This document shows positions 1-13,000 of a DNA stretch of 64,000 bases, in pieces. Every line of letters begins with the position of its first letter. Position 1 is the first letter of the stretch. Below the pieces are notes generated by a model. It was not told where the DNA came from, did no database searches, and was given only the letters and a program-made list of their open reading frames with translations. Where the stretch lies: NCBI RefSeq assembly GCF_001949145.1, contig NW_019091356.1:4260934-4324933 (forward strand), given 5' to 3'. The translations under genes were made by a program, and so were the position numbers. This stretch comes from Acanthaster planci. Its lineage: Eukaryota.

Positions 1-3000
1 CTCGCTGCGGACACGGGCACAGTACGCTGTAATTTAAGTTGCAACTCGCAAAGCGGTGTGGAGGAGGTACACGTTTTCTTTAGGTTCTTGTGCTTCTTGT
101 ATACGGTGCTACCAACAACCTATGTAAATATGCCCTAGCCTAAATATGCCCTAGTCTAAAATACATGAGCAGCTTTGTCTCGTACTTGGGCAGCTATATT
201 CTTCACATCTCTTCCCCTTCATGATTTTTTTTCAATAATTAAATGAACGAAGCTGAACAAAGCCTCTCAAAGCAGCACAGGCGATGTGCACATGACATAG
301 CCAAGTTTTTTTAATTTAAGCACTTCTCCAGAAAATTTGGATAGAGAAGAGCGAGGATATAATAATTACTTCTTCATTATCTTAGCATTGATTTCGTTAA
401 AATACCAGTAAGCTGTACAAAATCTCAGATCTTTTCAAGAAAGCTGTTTTAAATTTCTGACTTTCCCTGATTTATTAATGGAGGGTTTTTGTAATAAATT
501 CGACGACACGTCAGTTGGTACAGTGCAATCATTTGCACATGCGCAAAGACCTTAACGCCTTGATGTAAACATAATTATCTTCAAGGGCAGAGTACAAGTA
601 TAAAAAGTGGCATTGTAAATTTTTGCCCCAATATTATACGGAAGTAAACAAAGTCAAATGCCTCGCATATGGGGTGTAAATAAAGGAGAGATAGTCACCA
701 GAGATATCCCATAATTTTTTTGAAGGATGCCTATCTTTGGAATTACTTGGAGAGTTCGAACGTAGGCGATAGATGCAAAACATGATCGTCCCAATTCAGC
801 TAGTCAACAAAAGTTCCTCAATTTTTCCTAGTTCACGTTGCAATCTACATCGTCATTTCTTTCTTGCTGGAGGCTGCTTTGCAGCATTGAATGCGATTGT
901 CAGGACCAAATTCCCGGTTTAAATGTCCCATTGACACGGCCCATTGATGAGTGGCGTCCCGCACGCTCCACTGCCTTGCTGGGACACCCTGACCTCGCCG
1001 ATATTTTGCAAATCGGAACAAAGTACAAAAGCGACCAGCATTCGCTGGTGTTTTGGGCGCCATTGCCGCATTCGTATAGTTGGTTTTTGGTGGAATTGTC
1101 TGAGCCCACGCGAGTTTCTGCTGTCGTTTGTGCGGGTTGGATCCAAGTGATCCGCTCCCAGTTCCAACCCGCTGCCAGAGACCTTGCCTGCAGGAATCAA
1201 TTGTATGATCACATTTTAACAAAGGATTTTATTCCAAGTTCGGTAGAGGAAAACATGGAGGCCGTATTAATGGTAAGTCTTTATTTGTCAACGACCGGGA
1301 AACACGTGTATTTATAACATCCCAAGGGCGACAAATAATCACTCGTGATGTGAGGCTGAAATTCCTTAACGGCTATCACATATACCGTAAAGGGTTGATG
1401 AAATGGGATCTGAAATGTCAGATATGGCAAATTCATCAACATTGTGACGTATACAATTGCACGCAGCAAACATAAAGAAGAAGCTCACTTGAGGATGGCG
1501 GCTGATGGAAAAAATTCAAATGTTTAATTTAATTTATCGCGGGCTGGTGTAAGACGTATGTCAATAGAAACGTGAATATAGTGCATGATATGATGTTGAA
1601 TTCGGAGTTTATCATCCGCACTTATCTGTCCTCATGTCGACTATGATGCTGAGCACACCGAATCAAACATAACTAAAACAGCTTTTAGTACCTAATACAA
1701 TACACTGCCTGAGATTCAGAACAGATAGCGTGGTTTCATTACGTCACAGCCATTAGAAAACTCTTAGCTAAGCGGAATGAATGTACAGTTGACAATTCGC
1801 GGTTTAGTTTAACTTGGGCACACATTGTTGTGCAAATTACCTTCTGGGACAACGGTAACATGTGGAAATGGTAAATAGTGTAATCGTTATTTACACTGAA
1901 TCACAGCGGAATTTACTAGATATTTATTACGTAGACAGGTATGGCGTGGAAAACACTTGGTAATGCGCTAGTTTCTGTTAATTTCATTATTTTTTTTCTT
2001 AACAGAAACAAAGACAAAAAAACCCAAAAAAGAAGAGAAAAAAAAGGACCGGGTGTCTTAGTGACTGAGAGTGTTTGTTCATCAAAACCGTGCACCGCGT
2101 TCCTCTTCGTGCTAGGTTATTCGACTTGCTGTTACTCAATTCTGTTAATACTAGAACCTTTTATAGAACAACCCTGTGACAGATGCGGCCTGACCAAAAG
2201 GATCCCTCCCTGGATATCTTCAGGCATTTTTGTAGTGGTATGGACAAACTAATTTACTAGGATTTAATGAGGTTGTGTTGGTCGTCGGCATGGTGAAAAT
2301 TGGACACCGTGTCTGGTTATGCTTTGCTAGGAGACAAGCTTTTCATCACTCGCTTGCTTTCTCTGATATCTCGCGTGCCGTCAAACTGACTAATATGACT
2401 TATGGTTTTGCTGGTTTTTTTTTTCAAAGCGTCCCTGCCTTTTTGAATCATTAACGACTTCGTCATTTGCATTGAAATGATATTTTTAATTTATCAGTGC
2501 GAAAATAACTATGCCACTCTTGCTTTGCAATAAATTATTCAATGCTTTTGCCTTTGACATTGGATAGCGAAAATGTTGGTTAATTTCTCAAGAACATTGT
2601 AATGTACTTCAAGACTTCAATATGCTACAAGTGCAACTAGAGTTCTTTCTATGTAAGCCCGCGGAGGTCTCAACAATGCTTGTAAAAATAAGCACGCACA
2701 GTTTGCTAGAAATAAACCGAAAAATGTCCGGACCTCAAGTTATCATAAGAAAAATGTATTAGATGAACACCCAGGAACAAAATTTAATCCTAATTTTAAC
2801 ATATATTAAACTTAAAGTATCCAAAGATTGTAGTCTAAATCAAGCACAATTTTGATATCGATGCTAAAATATCTATAATTCCTATGTAAAAGACATGTAC
2901 AACACTTGCGAATTTGATGTTAGAAATACATATAGCACTTTGAAACTGTAACATTATTTTTTACAATGGACCCACTGTTGTATTCTAACTATTTCTGCAT

Positions 3001-3289
3001 TTATTAGTTATGTGTGATATTGGTATCAACCATGATAGATGTTTTGTGCTCGACGAAATACTAAAAAGAGGTTTGGAGACAAATATGCAAATGGATTCGG
3101 TCATGACTGTGGGCACACGTAAGTTTGCCTCAAGGACGACACTTTTAGCGGCCTCCTGCCGTGACAACACGGCATTGTTGCGGCCTCGGTTGCTGATGGT
3201 GTTACTTTGTAAGCCAGATCCAAAAATAGCCCCATTCAAACTAATTCAAAACAGATTTGTTAGTGTTGTGGTCCCCTTTTGAGTCCGGG

Positions 3290-3495
3290 AGAGAAATCGA
3301 CGAGGAATAAACGCCCGCTTGCTATTTTTGACCACGCCATTATTTGCGCTGCAACAGGTTTGGAAGTGAAGGGCCAATTCAAGTGAGTGGCGCACGTACG
3401 CCTACAAATTGTTGAGCGCTGCCATGTCTGCGCACGAAAATGCCTTCTTATATACCCAAGCTTGGCCGATGACTTATGAAGTGTTATCCAGTGTT
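3290..3495 (+). promoter_or_regulatory. Candidate receptor promoter
   Basis: CpG-enriched patch with CCAAT (3374-3378) and TATATA (3449-3454), 0.55-0.65 kb upstream of the proposed ATG; the sequence between is A-rich and leader-like. Confidence 0.3.
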
Positions 3496-4032
3496 ACGAT
3501 CCGAGAAACTTCGAACTACTTAAGAGTAGTAATTATTCTAAAACTTGAATTTTCCCCGATGCAACAAAGAAGACAAACAAGATAACACTGATTTAAGGAA
3601 CAAACAAACATTTTTGATTTTAATGAGAACGTTACACTTAGCATGTACAAAAATAAAGGTAACAAGAAACGGCTGATTGGAACTAGGTTACTGTGATAAA
3701 GAACCAAGAAAATAAACAAGATGATTTTACAAACGAAAGCTTGGCAGGTACAACACTGGACTCCACAGATGGCGAAAAGCAGATCAGTCCATGACGGTGC
3801 AAAATGAGCTGCAATGCGGACGAAGACCACGTGCCATAAGAATGACCGGGCTCCATACGAAACTGCGAGGGGGTGATGTCCATCACGAATACGGGACTTG
3901 ATCATCCCACAAACTGGAACTTGATTCAGTTCACAAACTGTCTCTTCCGGAACAAAATTCAGCTCTGTGCTTCACTTGGTCTAGACAAATTTGCAAGTGT
4001 CGCGCCCCAGACAGCTCACCACCCAGGCTACA

Positions 4033-4077
4033 ATGGTGCAGAAGTCAACAAGTCAAAGACTGCTCATAGCCTATACG
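4033..4077 (+). CDS. CRHR: Probable first coding exon of the receptor (MVQKSTSQRLLIAYT)
   Basis: ATG in strong Kozak context (ctacaATGG); phase-0 donor ACG|gtagaa; joined to exon 15205 it gives a coherent signal peptide MVQKSTSQRLLIAYTVLIVSLVGVSSTYVQA. Donor is only moderate and the intron is 11.1 kb. Confidence 0.55.
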
Positions 4078-7000
4078 GTAGAATTGCCTTCCAGAATCTC
4101 TCTTGGTGCGTGTGCCTCTCTCTCTCTTGCTCTCTCTTGTCCTTGTTGTCTGCCAGGGCCCGTCTTTTGTAGCCCACAACTCTTGTAGAAATTTCTTTTC
4201 ATTACGTAAGTTTCTTAAAATAGACTTTTAGCATTACTTAATTTTACAAGAAACCTCGGGAACGTACACTGGACAACTGGAAATAACGTAATCTTACCGG
4301 AAGAATATTCACGACTACAGTGGGGTCATTCACTGTGGCCTGGTGTCAAACGCCGGTCCCACACAGAGTCGTGTGCGATACCATTACACTATCTGTTTGT
4401 ACAGAGACGGTGTGTATATGCATAACACGAGAAAAAGTACCCTCATATAGTATTCATTAAAGATTAAAAGGAAAATTGCGAGAGAAAATGGTTCAAAGCC
4501 AAGACATTCACATCTTTTCTCGTTGTTCAGTCTGAATAGTCGTTTTGAGAATGGTTTACCAGTCGCTGGTTCATGGATACGACTGCCTAGATGCCCACTT
4601 TTATGGCTTGTCATCATTTATCTCTATCTGACCGTTGTGCCCACCTGTTGCTATCGATTGTCTCTTTCCAGTGTTCATCTGGCCCAAACTGGATTTCTGT
4701 TATGTTTGTCTTCTGGTACATTGCAGTTGGCTGACCACTCATGAAAAACAGTGTCATGGAATGCGTAAAAATGCCAAACTAAATCGTTTTAACGATTTGT
4801 GTAATTTTGGACTTCAAGAAACAGTCGTTTTTCTGTAATTTGTTTTGGCAGTGTCTGAGTTTTCCGGTCCTAATCAAAGGCATCAATGCAATATTTAAAA
4901 CAATTATAGCAGTTTGTATTTCTTTTGTTGAAGAATTGCCTTGAGATTGAACAAATGATGAGTTTAAGGAAATGGTCCTCGGCGTTTTCTCAATTTAGAG
5001 TGATCGGATCCTCGTAGTAGTTTGTACTAGACGTTTGCACAAACGGCCTCAAGGCGGAGTCTGTAATGCAAGACTTCACGAGGAACAGTATCTCGCTTGG
5101 ACTTAGCTGTTAAAATATCAACAGATACCGCAGCTGCGGCTAACTCCCACCGCTGTCTCCGCGAGTTGAGCGGCTTGACTTCATTCTCTGTATTAAACAT
5201 CCTTCCAAATAGACAAATCGCTTAGCGAATGGCAGATAAGAAAAAAAAAATGGAATTGCTTGTCCAGTGGGCGAGTTTGTACTCACTTCCCTATTTTATG
5301 TATCTTCCTTTCTGCTCTAGTTGAACCTGATTTCTCGCTGAGCTTAATGGGAATTTGTTTATCTTAGTTACACGGGCCCGTGTCGTGGTTTTCTGACCAT
5401 CACTTTATCTCGCACTACAAAGAAAGGAGCTTTCATTTGTTGATTGATTGAAATGGCCTTTTTTAAGGTGAAATCCGAAACCATCTGAAAAAATGACCTC
5501 TGCACTTTTTGGAGCTGTTTTTTAATGAAATCTAATTTTTATTGCAACAGTCAATGTTGTCTTGGTTCGCTGAGCATTCTTTGAATTCTGTCAAAATCAG
5601 CCAAAATTAATCCCACGTTCAACAAATTAAAGGTCTGAGAATTTAAGGTGATATATGCAGATTCAAACTGGTTTATACAACCAATTTTCTTTCCTGCTTT
5701 ACAACACTAATGGTACACAACCTGAGGAGTTGTATGTTTCTTTGGATTGACAGGAGCGTCTGTGAAACTGGATACAACATAATACGGTATAAAGAGCAGC
5801 TAAAAAGATAACAAAGCCTCCGCTATCATATGAAATTTTATCACCCTGCGAATTGCTCAACGGAAAACATCTGGACAAGTGTATCGTCTGATGTACTAGT
5901 TCGCTAGTATGGCAGCGTCTAGATTCCGGTAACGACTCGACTTCGTTTGTCAACTTCCGCTCAAGTGAGCATTCGAGAGCCGTATGCTCCGGACAAGAAT
6001 TACTGACAGTTGAGGCTAAAATTTGCACGATGGAGTAAAAAACAAAGCTGACAGGTTTAGATGGACATCAGAGGACAGGAGGGGTTAGGTCAGACGGACT
6101 TCCTACTTTCCTCACTCGGGGAGAACAAGGCGTACGTTTGCTCTCAGAGAACGATACGGACATACGCCCCCAACTTCTGTAACATTTCTGAGGGTTTTAT
6201 GGATTTTGTTTCTTTCACCACAAGCGCCTTTTGACTGAAGAGACCCAGAATTACGCGCACGGTTTTCTAATCGATTTTGTTAATTATACTTCAAATTTTG
6301 ATGCGACATGTGTTTGACGCCATATACTGTCTTCTGTGAACGCTAGTATACAGTTGAATGGTGTCTTACATTTTAACATACTGTTAGTTTGGCATAATCT
6401 TCCAGCACGATATCTCATAGCAACTGTTCATGTGATTAATACGTGTGTTTCAGCTGCATTAAAGGAGCTGATCTCATGTTGTACACACGTTTGCTATTAT
6501 GTTGGAACATAGCATGTAAATTACAATAATGGAGGATACTTGGTTTTCAAGAGATGACTAAGAAGAGGAGAGTCGTATTCTGTTGTTTGATTTAGCATCC
6601 TGACTGGGCGTCATTTATCGTGAAGAGTTGTGCAAACAGTCTCCACTTTCCACGAGACTCGACTCTCGAGCCACTCAGAACCCCGGACACATTACGATTC
6701 TTGATAATATCGATTACCCGAATACCGAAAGCACCGTTGGTGCTCCTAACCGAAAAGTTTGTATTGACTGTCAGCTGAAATGTGGGCTTCCGTGCGTCTC
6801 TTTGGATCGTGATTCCAGATCGTGTTCGCCAGCTCCCTGCAATACAGCCGGCGGAGTTCCGCCCGTGTATTTACATTGTCTTTCCAGTGCGCTGGCCAAA
6901 CGCATTAGGGGGACAAATTTGAAGCGTGCAAGGTAAACCGGCTTGTGTTGATTTTGCGGGAGAGGCAACTCTCCCCGAAGATTCTACAAAGCCGACATAC

Positions 7001-10000
7001 CATTGCGTACATTGGCCGGTGAATTGTAGTGTAATAATGCACTGATGGTAAGTTATTGGTATAACAACCATGAGAGTTTAATGGCTTTTTATACATGACA
7101 GCAGGGCCTTCAGATGGCTAATTATGCATGACACGTACCTTGACCTTCATATCTATTTCTTTGAGTCATTAGGTCTAAATAAAATATTATTAAAAGTATT
7201 TATCTGTGATAACGCTATACCTGAAGGGATCACCCAAAATTGTACGTTTGTACCAATTGCAGAAACAATATTCAGTCGGCGCATGCGCAGCTGTAGAAAA
7301 TCGAGCTAGCGTTGTTTTTTTTTCTTTGATCTGACTTACCAATAACTGCATGATTAGGGCTTATCTGGTTTTTCAGACTTTAAACACGTTTATGAAAGGC
7401 ATCTGTGGTGTTAAGTGCTACAAAAGGATGGCACAATCCTTGGGATGGCTAAAGAATTTTTCCATGGTCGATTGCTCTTCCATCCTTCTCTGCTTATCTG
7501 TATATCTTTAAGGCATTGAAGGTGCTCTCGTGCGATTTTTCTAAGTCCTGAGGACAGTAATCAAGTACATTAGATCGTCCTTCAGTTGTCCACTCGCTAA
7601 AAATGCAACACGAACCCGATAATGCAGTGCATTCAAAGAAAGAATAAGGAGGGAAAGTGATAATGGTTTTAGATGGCTTCCCGTCAACATAGAGGGATGC
7701 GCGATATCGCGTGTTGAGAGGTGTCAGGGGTTGTGCGTTTTGCTGGATGAATTCCACGCTGTGCGCTTCATATTCATATTCGATGAATAATATGCAAAAC
7801 TAACATGACTGTCTGTGCTGGCTGCGCATGACCATGGGAGGTGTGATCATTCTTTTGAAACGACATCATGGAAAATGCCACAAGAGAAAAGTTAACATGC
7901 ATTAATCGTGATATTGTCGGTCCTTTGTGGTAACATGAGTTCTTTAAGAAAGAGTCTCGTTTTTTTGTCTTGTTTTGTTTGTGTACTCGTTTTGACAGGA
8001 ATGAGTTCTTTCAACGATGCCGTAATAAAGTATGCTTTAAGCGTGAGCTTGAGTGCCAGTACCAGTGTACATAGACTTAGCCGCGGCAAGTACACCACGG
8101 ATATATCTGCTTTCAAAAACATTTGCTTTTCTAGTCAGAGTACCTGTTATCGTAAACTACCTCGGGGTATCAAAGTCACATAGTAGCCAAAAGCAAACCA
8201 CGCTTTTTAAAGGGTAATTGCATCCCCACATACATTAACGGCTGTACCACTTACACAGGATATGCGAAATACTCCTGGCTGGTTATTTAAAAAGGAAATG
8301 TGATGATATTTAGAGACACTCAGCTCATCAGGTATACTTTTCTGATATACATGTATATGTATATTGTATGTAGCAGCTTGTTGTTAAGAGTGTTGCGACT
8401 CAATTGGTGTCTATACTTCGTACATAATTATATTGGATGACATATACTACGGCGCTTAATGGATGTGATATTCAAACTGAAAAAAGACTGTAGATTTTAA
8501 CCACAAGTGTAGAGGAATGATTTCCCCATTATTTCCTTCACATTAAATGCTGCGTTGTAAGATAGGAAAATGTGGACGTGAAGTCGTAAAGGCCTGTGTT
8601 TCACGTGTTTATTTTCGGGACCTGTCACCAAACTATACCTTTGCTTAATGTTTTCGAATGTTTAACTCAGTTTAAACCACGTTCGAACGAATCGCATTGC
8701 TCCTTTGAGTAGTGAACTGAATCATCTTTGCATTTATTTTGTCGGATGTCGAATCCATATTACTTCTTTTAAGTTTTGCCCGTCCACAAAAGTCATCATA
8801 CTGGCCTGAATGCCTTTGATATTGTTTGAAATAGTCAGAATATTTACTTGGAATTTGCTGTTTGCCTTGGCCTTCATCTATGTATCCTTCGGTGTGTTTT
8901 GGTACTCAGTCCTTCCTCTGTCCTTAGTTTAGATATTTTTAAGTTCAGTTGTGGTTTTTATATTGGTTATAAATCACTATTGTCGCTCTTCATATTGGTC
9001 CGTCTGAGCCCTTCTAAATTTAACAAACTTTAAGGCTATCGTTATTTTTTCAGAGTCCAAAGGTTTGCGTTTGCCGAGATCGAAATAGCTCACGTTTGTA
9101 GAAACTTGATGGATTGTATTGTCAAAGTGGGGGAGTTGGACTCGTCAAAAAGGGTTTTAGGAAGATATCGACACATAGTTGGCTTTTGTGTTTGCGTGGC
9201 ATCGATGAGGCAATGTGGAGAGTTGTCTTTTTGTGGAATATTGTTCATTAGTGATTGCCCTGGAGTTGAGCAAGAGAAACGAACAAAAACGTGTCCACAA
9301 AGATGTGATGTTAATGAGGAAACTCGAATGTGGAATGGAGGTTTGACTTTTGGTTAAGATGTGAGCTTGACAGAGCAACCACAAGGAAATAATGATTAGC
9401 CATGCTGTCTGTTACCCCTTGTGACCCCACCCAAAAATCACTTCACAATGAAAGACATAGGCTTAGGTGGCTACAGGTCGTAAAAGTGTAAGATTATATT
9501 TCTTCAGCGTCTTTTTTTTTCGTTCAGCGTTTCTTCGTGTCACGATACCCAAACAGCCGACCTCGTGACAGCGTATTCATAATCCGGTAGACTGTTCGCT
9601 AACTTGGTTCGCACAAGCAAGAGCCTTGTGTGTTATTGTCGGAATGTACCACTTTAGGCTGTAGCTTAGCTATCTGTAGGTTCTGACGTCCCGATTCTGA
9701 GGGTTGAGCTTCCACCCGCTTACAAGCTGTTACACTAACGCTGTAAATCACAGCCACCAATCGCTAAAGTGAGAAGTAAGGCTTCTCCGAGGGGTTCATT
9801 AAGTTCTTGAGACTGTGGGAGGTTTGCTAATGAAAAGGCATGTAAACGCAGTCATTTCCCCCTCGGCTGTGGCCGTCTAAGCTTCAAGTGCCGTCTACAG
9901 GCACATCGCCATAAATAACGTCCCCTAGAAATGCCATTTAATTCCCCAAGTCTGATTTTGCCCACCACCGCTTTACACCTTTGGAACGAACCACTCGATT

Positions 10001-13000
10001 GTGCGTATCAGATTCGGCGCTGGGTAGTTTGTACTAATATGCAAAACACTTGACGGGGAGCCTTGCTCATCACCTCTACGCTTTTTACCTATATAACTTC
10101 ATTTATTCTCGAGTATGATTAGTCCTGTGCTTTCCGTAGTTGTGTTTTGTTCATTATTTTTGTTTTGTTTTATCGTTTGGTTTTTCGCTGGGGAGGTCGT
10201 TTTGTTTTGTGTTTTATTTCGTTTTTGCAATATTTGCTTACAAGTTCCTTTTCAAGTATACTTTATAAAAATGACTCTTTTGCTTGGTGAAAAAATATCT
10301 GAAATACAGTGTGCCACGATCGCAAAGTAGTTTGTTTTGTAACACGAAGATATGGACTAAAATATGCAACTCGAAAAGGCTACAAAGGCAAAATTAGGTG
10401 TAATCCTTCAACGATAAGTCTGGTACCCATGACGTCATCATATGTTTAAATCAAGTATTCTTACCTCACGTAGGTAGAACTAGACCTGCAGATTAACGAG
10501 ACCGTTGTCCCTTTTAGTCTGGTACCTATGACATCATGATACAGGGAATCCCACCTTGCCTTCTCTAAAGTAGTCAGAGACGACTTTGGTCCTTGATATT
10601 CGCTTTCAGTGCTGGTCTCGACGAAGGTCATCAGCTGACGTAAGTGCAATGTCCAGCAAGAAAGGGGGTGGGTAAAGGCCTAGTGCCTTCGAACTGCAGC
10701 ACCGCTGTTCAGCAGATGAGTGGGCACACTCGATTGGAATGTGAGTCAGAATATATGCAAATTCATGTCATTCGAGCCCGAGGAAGACACTTCTGGCCAA
10801 ATAGTGTACGTGTATGTGTACCCTGACTCGGTGTATTGGCCCAAAACTGAAGGGACTGTCAAAGCCAGCATGTTGCCGCGGGAAACCTGCGCTATATATC
10901 GGTAGGAATCATCATCAGTCATGGAACTTCGTGATCAGAGATTATGTACGTAATTGCGCAAATCTTAATTAAATCTCCATTCGCCAATACCATGTAATTT
11001 AAGTTGACTGTTTTGTTCAAAACAAATCTCAAGTAATTGATGCCTTAGTCTATCAGAAATCAAGGGGGTATTAGTGCATTAATGTAGGAAATTGATTCTC
11101 AAATTTTGGACGGTTTGGTTCGTTTATAACAGCCTCTTTTGTTTTTGCAATGTCTGCGGTTATTGTCTTACAGTTATTGATATGATGTTATTACTCAGTT
11201 TGTTACCTTTTGTGTTGGTGCGCGTAGATTGCGACAAAAGACGTCTCTGACCGAATTATTAGATTGGCACGAAATTTGTGGTTAAAACCGGCCGTTTTGT
11301 ACGGTTCTTTCCACTCCAGGCTGCGCCATGTTGGTTTTGGCACATAGACTAAATCTGCATGCTGTTTTCCTGTCGCTCCTCATAAAAATGAAAGAATCGT
11401 ACACATTTTGTTTTGCCATAGATAAACGTATAGCGCTAATGATCAGGGATATTCCAATTTCTGCATTTCATTCTGTGGTTCGCAAGAGAGACCAGTCTCC
11501 AGTTCAAACGCCATTGATTGTATAGACCATCGCGACAGGTGTATAAATAACTCTTGAGCACCAAGAGTACGCGACTCTCATCCATACTGTGTTTACTTGA
11601 TACATTGGATCCTGTTTACTCAGTTCTTTTTTTAGGCTTCTGCTGATGAGGTGGATTTGCAGTGAGTTTGGAGGTGTCACTCGGACAGTCAGACTGTGTT
11701 ATTAAAAAGCTCGGATCAGAATATTGCGATTCGTTTTGCATTCCTTATGTCAGCGCATATCGCCGCGACAGGTCCATGAAAACATGAACGGGAAACTCGC
11801 AGGAGGGGGGGGGGGAAAGAAGCTTAAGACGAGTGATTCACGTGGGCAAGGGACTACCGGAAATTAACTTCAGCTCATCTCCATTCTTCTTGTCAAATAC
11901 TCATCGCTGTCTAGCTGCACGCATGCGCCGCTTTGAGCATCCAACAGTGTCGAGCAGAAATTTGGCCTCGTACAATTTAAACTTATAAAGCACCTTCTCT
12001 GCGTGTCTGATGTCTTGATTCGTACTTGTCTGCTACAAAGATCTCAGTAATTTTCACAGAACAAACAAAGCATGGCTTTAAAGGCGTTCCCTCCGAAGGA
12101 AAGATGAATGAAAGTGGACTCTGGAACTAAGGAATAATTGGAAATAACCTTCAGCCTGCAGGCAGCTTAGAGAGACAAACCAAACTGTTTTGCTCGTAAA
12201 GCTTGGATCAGTCTGTCCGCACCTGTGTATTACCGCCCTTGCTATTTTCCTGGTGTCTTCGTTCCATCTTTGCTGGCCAGCTTTGTGAATATATCGTCTG
12301 CGAAACAATGTCTGTTACTCTTACCCCCACTGCACGGCGCATGGCAGTCGGTACAATGCCGTTTCCCCAAGCCTTGTCATTACTTTGAATGTCCATAGAT
12401 GGACTGTTGCGACAGCCATTCTTCATTGGACACCACATTGTTTCTGGTAGAGTTTCTGGTTTGCATTCTTATGTAATTATTCAATATGTTCGAGGCACAG
12501 TTCGGTCATAGATGATCTAATGGAAGTTTTGTTTTTCAAACTTAAACAATTTTGGATATGTATACAGCGCACATGGTGTTCAAGACAAGATCACAGCTCC
12601 GGGATTTTACCGAAGATTGCAGCCAGCTGCGGGCATGACCGGATTTTTAACTTTTGTCGACCAACTTTTCCTGCCCGTCCCGCATCTCCAGACCGACACC
12701 CCTGACTCCGTAAGACAAATACTCTCACTAGGCGTCCTTCTCCCATCCCACTCACAGTTGTCCGCGTTTTCATATGCAGGCATGGCTCGTGGTGGCGCCT
12801 GAAAGCAGGCTGAATGTTTGTCTAGAGGGAAAATGCTTTTCCTTGATTCCGGGAGAAGCTTTTTTGAAGTCGCTGAGTGTTCCTGTTTTGTAACCATTGC
12901 ATAGCTTGTAATGCCGTCCACGAATTAGATAAAAAGCGCCAGTTCGTGCTGTGAGAGTAAAGAGCAGGCAGCGGGTAAATCCCAGGAACTCATGCTGATC

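Noticed and set aside
838..1317. 159-aa ORF and overlapping ORFs
   Set aside because: Non-ATG start, no recognisable domain, no coherent splice structure
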